A DNA stretch of 64,000 nucleotides from Octopus vulgaris (taxonomy: Eukaryota). Positions 54,459-64,000 of the stretch are shown here, in pieces. A model generated the notes under the pieces. The model worked only from the letters and a program-made list of their open reading frames with translations, was not told the DNA's origin and ran no database searches. Every line of letters starts with the position of its first letter. Position 1 is the first letter of the stretch. Both the position numbers and the translations under genes were made by a program. The DNA is taken from the NCBI GenBank assembly GCA_951406725.2, contig OX597838.1:40238001-40302000 (forward strand). The letters run 5' to 3'.

Positions 54459-54839
54459 GTGTGAAAAGTCTGGCCGCGAACACGTTAGCATATGTCAGGT
54501 GCATACAATTGACAACACCGTTAATTAAGATTTATTCAGTGAGTTCTATTCAACACATGTTTACACGTGGAATCCATTAGATGAAGGCATTTGCAAAGTT
54601 TGGGCTGATAAAGTTGAACTGAAAAACCCAACAAGGCATGATTTGCACGAAGCCGTCTTGCAGTCTTGGGAAGCCGTCTTGCAATCTGAGCGGAAAATTC
54701 GTGGATGTATTCAACATCAAACTCGTGTTCGGCGTCAAATAGTTGACTGTCATGGTGGTAACAGATTCGTGTAATAAATTTGTGTTTATTTTTGTTTCAT
54801 AATATATATTTTTTTCGGATGCAGCCAGACTTTTCACAC
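54459..54839 (+). mobile_element. Tc1/mariner-superfamily deletion derivative (MITE-like)
   Basis: 19-bp inverted termini gtgtgaaaagtctggccgc / gcagccagacttttcacac; internal peptide HDLHEAVLQSWE...QIVDCHGGNRFV* resembles a Tc1 transposase C-terminus. Confidence 0.7.
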
Positions 54840-56183
54840 CATTAACGATGAAGTCCTTTTAATTTGTTGAAATTCGCAGTCAACCAAGGGGCAAGCTGAA
54901 TGGAAAGATGTTTTTTGTGCAGTAATTCTAGTTTAGCAGTAATTCTAGTTCAGATTCTAGACCAAGGTAGTCCCTTTATGTTTTCCTATCAAAATTTAAA
55001 CATACGCATTAATATGCGAAAAACAGTTAATATTGAGTAATTTGATAAAATGAATAAATTCAGATTCTACGTCAATTAAGCGGCTCATATTTATGTTTAT
55101 AGCGATATTTAATATCAATGTATATGTGCTCTGGTTATAGGATACACTCACACGCATGCAAGCACACATATAGATATACCCTCATAAACACACACATATA
55201 TGATACATAGTTATTAATGTATTAAATATTAATATACATTCCGATTATTGATTTAAACCGTATAGCTATACATATGCATACACACACACACATATATATA
55301 CATGTTTACACACACGTGTATGTGTTTCTGCATGTGTGTGTGAGCGTTTGCGTGCGTGTGAAGAAATATTTTAGACTTTTCCTGACTTTAACTCTACTAA
55401 TATAATTATAATAATATAGCAGTAATTTACAGTTCTTATTTTACATACCGTTTATTAAATTGATCATCTGGCTGAATTAATATTTAAGGTAAATAATATT
55501 AGATATTCTAAAACAATCAAATAAATAAGTGAAGCTGGAAAAAGATAATTGATAATTCGAAAATTAAATTTAATGGCTGCATTACTCGAAGTAGTTTTCA
55601 ATAATTCTAATTTCATACGAGAAAATGTATTCATTATTTCTCGTCATTTTCATGAAACTGTATTTGGTTTCTGTAATTCGAAGCTTTTTCCACGGAATAA
55701 TCCCAATTTATTAGAAAAACAGAGATGGCAGTAATTAATGTGCAAACGCCGCAAATATTTTTGAAGAGCGACGTGTATAAACCCCTAATTGCTTGATTTG
55801 CTGTTCCTTTCAAAATGAAATGTTTCATTTATTCCTACACGAAATTCAGTTATTGAAACGCAACCATACTGTGTGTGTGGTATCTATTGAAAGTGATTTT
55901 AGTCGATCAAATATATGTATATGTATGCCTTCACCTTCGAAACGTAGAGTAGATGAAACCATGGCGACTGAAGAAGGAGTTTTTTCCTTGTGTTATTTGT
56001 CTTGTACTCTATTTTTGTTGTTTAAGAAAAATGTATAGTTCCTTGGGTTTGTGTCTATGATTTCGTTTCTCATTGTGTTCGACGTTATTTTGGTGTCCTG
56101 TACTCATATATGCGTGTATATATACATATAGAGGTAGGTACATACATATATGTATATATATATGCATATGTTTTATTTATTAA

Positions 56184-56231
<48 letters not shown>

Positions 56232-56522
56232 ATATATATTTGTTGTATATATATATATTTGTTGTGCAAGATTTTTTATGTGAAGTTGTGTGTTGAAACA
56301 GATATTGTTATATTTCGGAATTGTCATTTTGTCAGTTTAGCCAATAAGAAAGAAGAAAACAAAGGACCACTGATGCGGTCACAGGAGTGTGATGAAAGAA
56401 TTCTGGCCGAAATAAGATTAAGATTAATGTAAAAAATAAATATCACTGAAGCAAAGTAACACCAAATATATAGTGCGTGTGTTTTTATTGGCTAAAATGG
56501 CAAAATGGTCATTCCGAAATAT

Positions 56523-56599
<77 letters not shown>

Positions 56600-56602
<3 letters not shown>

Positions 56603-57117
56603 GGGGAGCTGCCCGAAAGTAACCGGAAACATTCCTTGCGGGGCAAGCCACTTTTAGCTCAGACTTCCACCGCTAAAACACACTTCATGCGACCCTCAGG
56701 CATCAGTCTGCCGACCGGTGTCTTTAGTTGCACTCGTGCTGCAACGTAGTGCTTCTCCCCCCTCTTCGTCGATTTTTGCGATGGCTGAAACAAAGAAAAT
56801 GCGTGCTTCCGTGAAATTCTGCTTTCTGTTGGGGAAAATGGCGGCCGAACTAGTTTTCGTGCTTCAAACAGCTGACAAGAAAGCTGCCATAAGCAAAACA
56901 CAAGTTTACGAGTGGTTTTCACGCTTTAGGAATGGTCACTTGTCGTTTGAAGACCAACCTCGTTGACAGCGATTGTCGACCTCCCGAACGAATAAAAACA
57001 TCACGAAAATTGCTTCAAATGGAGAATACTTTGAAGGAGATAAAAGTGAAAGCATATAAATCTTAGTGGATAAAATAAAATTGAAAATCCCAGTTTCTTT
57101 TGGGTACCTCCTCGAAT
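56600..57117 (+). mobile_element. Internally deleted mariner element
   Basis: MRASVKFCFLLGKMAAE...ISKTQVYEWFSRFRNGHLSFEDQPR HTH region; degenerate TIRs flanked by TA. Confidence 0.85.
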
Positions 57118-57118
57118 A

Positions 57119-57543
<425 letters not shown>

Positions 57544-58232
57544 ACATATATATATATATATATATATATACACATGCCCATGTATTTGTATCTATCTATA
57601 TATATAATATTCTAGTACTTACAGCTAGATGGAATGTATTTCCTTATGACTGTACACAGAATATGCCGACTTGAGAGAGCGAACTTTGCAATGGAGGTAA
57701 TCTCGATAACCCTGCTATGGTGAAGGTGATGTAAATTCGTTTGGTAAGTCCACAATTTCTTGTCGCATCAAATCTGACTCAGCTACGGGGTCCAAAAATC
57801 TGTTTAAAGGAAATGGAAAATATGTTGTCAGGGACTCTTAGCTCAAAATACTAATTACAAAATTAATAAGTTGCGGATAGCTGTTTATATATTCAAAGAC
57901 TTACCTATATATTTAATAAAATATATGAGTGGAATTAGAATGGAGAGGTCTACATGGTTTGTGGCATCGGTAGGAAGGCCGACAGGATAGGTTCTGAAAG
58001 TGGCTGGAACAGATTCAGAGGAAGATATTCGACAAGACCGAGATTTGTCGTTGGAAGCAGAAATCAGCCAGCTATGAAGTACAAGGTGAACCTTCATAAT
58101 CCATCGGGGATCAAGCAATGGTGGGTTTGATTGCTAGATAATAGTTAAGGGTCAATACTGCTACACTGTCACAGCAACCATATAACAATATTTGGTTACG
58201 TACTTATCTATATCTATATATACATACATACA

Positions 58233-58321
<89 letters not shown>

Positions 58322-58460
58322 CGGGAGATGTACTCGCATAGCAAGTAATTTGATCTGAGATGGTGTGCTGAAACGAAAACAATTGCAGCGTGGAAGGTGT
58401 TTATAAGCCATTTAAGAAACACACAAAAGCCGTTTGATTCACTTCAACATTTAAGTTTAA

Positions 58461-58510
58461 TTTGTCAAAATATTTTTGTCGCTAAAATCCGCGACCTGTT
58501 CACTAACAAA
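58461..58510 (-). ncRNA. Hammerhead-like motif with G3-C8 core (G12 mutated in this copy)
   Basis: tttgtta GTGAACA g gtcgc ggatttta gcgac aAAA atat TT tgacaaa. Confidence 0.45.
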
Positions 58511-58731
58511 GTCCGTGCTGCATATATATATATTTATCAAAATAAAAACATGATGCAAAGGATTTAGCGGTACATATGTTTCTGGATTTCATTAAACGGT
58601 TTATATCAATGCATAATTGATGTAATATGTATGTCAATAGCCATCATGTTTTTATTTTGATAAATATACTCTATCACCTACACCACTAAATAGCATATAC
58701 AGGTGCTTACAATTATCAAGTATTCACCCTG

Positions 58732-58762
<31 letters not shown>

Positions 58763-59919
58763 ATACAAATTCTCTGTGTGTTGCGTTCAATTGCTTAACA
58801 ACTGAAAACAATTTATGATAAATAAAGAAACGACATGGCGTACACTGACGGACGGGCGACAAACATAGAAGGTGCCCAATTCTTCGTCAGTTATCAACCA
58901 ATTGGTAAAGCTCAATTTCGTACCATTAATGATAAGACTGAGGGATTCCTATATTGGCGGCGCCCGCAAGAATTTTTTTGCGGAGAATCCAAAACCTAGA
59001 ATAAAAAAAAACAAAGCAAACAACACAGAGAGAGATTTAGGACGGTGGACAAGAACGAACGGACGAGTAAAGCACGGCCTAAGGGTCAAGAAGACACGAA
59101 TAGTGGGTAACAGTTAGAAGATATCCGAAAGCGGGGAGACCAGTGGGAGAAAGGGAGAAGGCTGGCCATGGGTCACATGACAGCAGCAAGCAGAGGAAAA
59201 GATAGCAAGAGAGGGAGAGAGGAAGCGACGGAGAGAAGGGATGAAGAGAGAAAAAGAGAAAGGAGAAAGGCTAGAATAGAAGTGAAAGGGTGAGAGAGAA
59301 AAAAGGGGAAAGAATGAAGGCAGGAGAGAGAGAATGTGTGTGAGAGAAAGAGAGAGTCACACGCGTATAAAAAAACTTGTTAATACAAATTCGGTGTGTA
59401 AGATGAGTTATACACACCTTAACGGTTGTTACTTAAATAGAGGGAGCCAGGAGATAGGCCTAATGAACATACATACCAACATCCCAGAATTGAGAATCCA
59501 TTAAACTGATATATGAAGACGTGAAGCATGGGAGGCCTTTATAATACACGTCTGACAAACGTATTAAATCTCGCGAGGAAGTTTATCTTATTTAACAAAG
59601 TCTATAGCTAGAAGATCGATGGTTTGTAACAGCAGTCAGTCGAAAAATTATCGATATCGTTTAGCTGGGCCCAGGGATCAGTGACAGAACATGTAATTAA
59701 TGGAGGGGTGAAGTTCCTAATTTACAGGCATGGAATATGTTACTGTATCGAATTGTTGGAAAAAGGACAGTTGTTGCCTGCAAAACGGAATTTTACGTCT
59801 TGAAAATTTTTGTTGATAGACGCTGCGGTGACAGCATATACTCACTCAGAACCTACAATTTAAACGCCCATCTTTACTGCCAGTAATTTTTTCTCTCTCT
59901 CCCTCTACCTCAGTCTCTC

Positions 59920-59967
<48 letters not shown>

Positions 59968-60095
59968 CACACACATATATATACACAGACACACACATAT
60001 ATATACACAGACACACACACATATATATATACATACACATAAATACATACACACATACACATGTATATACACACATATATATATATGTACACACA

Positions 60096-60148
<53 letters not shown>

Positions 60149-60716
60149 ACAAGGTGTGATCAATAAGTATTTGGACTGTTGCTAAACATCCCTCAAATCA
60201 TTATCTGCTGTCTTTAAAATTATCAAACTCTCCCGAAAATGTCAGTGCTAAATACACTGATTGAATAAAGGACAGAATGGTCACATTAGGACTGCCTTTG
60301 ATCTGATGGATGCTTGCTGACCTGGATGCTAAATAACAACGGCCATCATGAATTACATATTTTACGACAAAAAGACGAATATCAAATTTCTGCCATGCCA
60401 TTTTTGATCATCCATTGAATTATACATCCGTACAATATAAAACAGCTTTCAAAGATCAGAGCAGATCCGGCCACATCATGAAACACGCCCCCACACAAGA
60501 GCAGACCAGACCCCACAATACATCATCACAACAGCATCACAACAGCTCAATACAACAAACACAGCACACAAACAATATCACAAGATGCAAGCATCATATC
60601 CTGGTGCACTTAGTCACATCGTACTCACCGAAGTTCCTCAACGTAAACCACCATCACCACCACCACTGCCAAAACCACAACCAAGACAGCCACAATTACT
60701 ACCAGCGCCAACATCA

Positions 60717-60751
<35 letters not shown>

Positions 60752-61800
60752 AGTAGATGCAGAGGCAAGAATTATCGTGCGATCTCACAGGATACATAGA
60801 TATATTGCTATAACACACCGACCCATTATGAAATAGTAGCATCATCCCCACCGCCATCACAACCACCACCACCACCACCACCACCACCACCAACGACACA
60901 ACCACTACCAGCATCACCACCGCCATCACTGCCACAACACCTCAGCTCAACATCAGAGCATTATTAGATATATGTTCACAAAAACAAACAAAATACAGAG
61001 ATCAAAACTAAAGTTATAAATTCCCAATAATTTCTGTTGGAATCATTCCAGGAACTTAATGTATTTTTCATTAGAGGACTCCAATTCAGTACAGTTACTG
61101 ATTTGGCAGAAAACGGCCAACAGCATTTACAATTAGACAGACATATCCTTCAGTCGGTGTGTGTGCGCGTGCGTTTATAAATAAATACATACACACACGC
61201 AAACATATACATAAACGATTACGTATATTGAATACTCTTTCTCTCGTGCGTAAAGCCAAACGCACGCACATGTGCGCATATATGCTCATGGGAATGCATG
61301 TATACAAAAGCACGCACACGCTCGCACATATATTGTATCGAAAATGTGACCGTTCTCATTTTGTTATATTCATAAAGGTTTTGGAGGTTTACTAATGTTC
61401 CTTGCAGTGTTTAAAGGAAAGGAAAAAGTATTCCCCATCATACTCATATTGTATATATGGGTACGCACATACATGCAGGCATATATACATGCTTACATGT
61501 GTACGTACAGAAGTATGCATGTACATTTATACTCACACATGTATACTACGGTATACATGCATGTATGTATATCATAGAGGTGTAGTAATAGAAATAGGGA
61601 AATATATAGGTATAGAAATACACATATATCTTTATCCTCTTACTAAAGCTGAAAAATCTTCATACACTTACTCTGTTTCACGTTACCCTTCGTCGGACAG
61701 TTGCTATCAGGACAACTTTTCGACGGACGAGAACGTGAAACTCTGAGTAACAGATTTTCACCTTTAATAAAAACATTAATCTACGTTCGGTATTTGAATG

Positions 61801-62172
61801 GAAGCACTCCGTTGGTTACGACGATGAGGGTTCCGGTTGATCCGAATCAACGGAACAGCCTGCTCGTGAAATTAACGTGTAAGTGGCTGAGCACTCCACA
61901 AACACGTGCACCCTTAACGTAGTTCTCGGGGATATTCAGCGTGACAAGGCCGGCCCCTTGAAATACAGGTACAACAGAAACAGGAAGTAAGAGTGAGAGA
62001 AAGTTGTGGTGAAAGAGTACAGCAGAGATCACCACCATCCCCTGTCGGAGCCTCGTGGAGCTTTTAGATGTTTTCGCTCAATAAACACTCACAACGCCCG
62101 GTTTGGGAATCGAAACCGCGATCCTATGACCGCGAGTCTGCTGCCCTAACCACTGGGCCATTGCGCCTCCAC
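61801..62172 (-). mobile_element. SINE family C, tail type 2, with TSD
   Basis: TSD GGTATTTGAAT at 61789-61799 and 62173-62183; colinear with 53617-53999. Confidence 0.93.
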
Positions 62173-62328
62173 GGTATTTGAATACTGTTTTTTTCCACCT
62201 TGTTTTGCATTTGTGTAGGGCGGCGAGCTGGCAGAATCGTTAGCACGCTGGGCAAAATGATCACAGGCATTTCGTCCGTCCTTACGTTCTGATTTCAAAT
62301 TCCGTCAAGGTCGACTTGACTTTCATTT

Positions 62329-62581
62329 CGGTTTCGATTTCCAGACCGGGCGTTGTGAGTGTTTATTGAGCGAAAACACCAAAAGCTCCACGAGGCAGAG
62401 GGTGGTGGCGGTCCCTGCTGTACTCTTTCGCCACAACTTTCTCTCACTCTTTCTTTTGTGGGCTTGCTCGCTTAGCCAGCGGGGTGGCGTCATTGGAAGG
62501 CTAAAACAATGCGAAGCGCATTGTGACCAGCGATGTGTAGCAACATCTGATAGTCTGGTCGGTCACAGTGATCACGGTGAT
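62329..62581 (+). mobile_element. SINE family C, tail type 1, 5'-truncated, abutting a SINE B head (62218-62328)
   Basis: Matches 57284-57543. Confidence 0.88.
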
Positions 62582-62589
62582 ATATATAT

Positions 62590-63115
62590 ATATATAATAT
62601 AAATATATGCATATATATGTTCATACCTACATATATATGTATATATATACATGCATATATGGGTACAGGACATCAAAAAATGTAGACAACATGAGAAACG
62701 AGAACATAAAAAGCAAAAGCATAGAAAGCGAACTTTATTTCGAACAACGAAAGAAACAAACGAATAGAGAAATGAGACAGGCAACATGAAGAATATTCCC
62801 TTCATCAGTTGTCCCCTGTTTTATCTACTCCGCGTTTCGAGTCCCTACCTTCGAAACGCTGAGTAGATAAAACAGGGGACAACTGATGAAGGGAATGTTC
62901 TTCATGTTGCCTGTCTCATTTCTCTATTTGTTTGTTTCTTTCGTTGTTCGAAATAAAGTTCGCTTTCTATGCTTTTGCTTTTTATGTTTTCGTTTCTCAT
63001 GTTGTCTACATTTTTTTGATGTCCTGTACCCATATATGCATGTATATATATACATATATATGTAGGTATATACATATATGTATATATATATATATGCATA
63101 TATTTATATTTTATT
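62590..63115. repeat. Long inverted repeat (~250-bp arms, 10-nt spacer 62841-62850)
   Basis: Arms are nearly identical reverse complements; they give the same artefactual ORF tail NMRNENIKSKSIESELYFEQRKKQTNREMRQAT on both strands. Confidence 0.93.
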
Positions 63116-63227
63116 TATATTTTATTTATATTATTATATGATCGAACGCCATGCATACATTTCCAAGTAAGTATGTGTACATATATATACATTATACACA
63201 CACACACACGCACACACATATATATAT

Positions 63228-63593
63228 ATCCTTAAAAATCCTTTAAAATGTTTTAGCCCGAAGGCCGCGGCCATGCTGGGGCACCACCGCTGAATGAGCT
63301 ACACTAATATGTGAATCCACCTCTGATACGTGGCACTTGATCAACAAGGGAGTTCGATGCTGCTGCCCGCATCTGCGTCTCCTGTCGTGAGGTAGGTTCA
63401 TCTGGGACTCCCGACAAGAAGAGATCCAGTTTAGTTTTAAAGAAACCCACATCCACACCATGTAAGTCTCTCAGGCATTTAGGGAGGATGTTAAAGAGCT
63501 GTGGTCCTCTGAAACCCAAGCTGTTGCAGTATCTGGACCTGTATTTTGATGGTGATGTTGGAATCTTTGGCACCATGCAGTGGCGCCCCGTTC
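63228..63593 (-). mobile_element. CR1-like LINE 3' end, same family as 10791-11930
   Basis: Near-identical to 11562-11930, including the tail repeat. Confidence 0.92.
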
Positions 63594-64000
63594 ATACACA
63601 CATACATACATACATACATACATACATACATACACACATACATACACACATACATACACACACACATACATACATACATACATACATACATACATACATA
63701 CATACATACATACATACAGTTATGTGTGTGCATATATCTCTGTAACGTTTGTATCAATTTGTGCATACAGAAATAAGAAGAGAAAATCATGTATTCTCAC
63801 ATCATATTAAATCTGTTCCTCTCCGAGACCCAGTTTTCTCTTGTTTTCTTTCATTTATATATTTAATTGATTTTTTATTTATTCACCCAAATTTTCATTT
63901 TTTCGCAGAATTTTTCGACACTATGATAATGGGAAGTTTGCCAATTAATAATTCTCTCTAATTTAGGCACAAGGGCAGCAGTTTTGTGAGGAAGGGGTGG

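Noticed and set aside
60415-60756. Poly-Q/H ORF as a host protein
   Set aside because: Low complexity, non-ATG start and no recognisable domain.

Overview
Eukaryotic, AT-rich and extremely microsatellite-dense DNA. The three tRNA-headed SINE families and the repeat landscape look like an octopus (Octopus sp.) genome; this is inferred, not checked against a database. Only one host gene is supported: a class A peptide GPCR of the myosuppressin-receptor/dmsr-1 type on the minus strand (about 18777-17701, 358 aa), preceded by a splice acceptor, so much of the upstream ~45 kb may be intron. The rest is (TA)n/(CA)n/(TATG)n/(TAA)n repeats plus fragments of CR1-like, RTE, R4/Dong and Penelope-like retroelements, non-autonomous Helitrons and Tc1/mariner remnants. 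Almost all ORFs in the supplied track are microsatellite artefacts. The main unexplained signal is about a dozen hammerhead-ribozyme-like folds, read by eye, in several unrelated short repeats embedded in (TA)n. Most have a palindromic helix III, several sit in long inverted repeats, and the core 3-8 pair appears as C-G, A-U and G-C. None of the folds has been computationally or biochemically validated.
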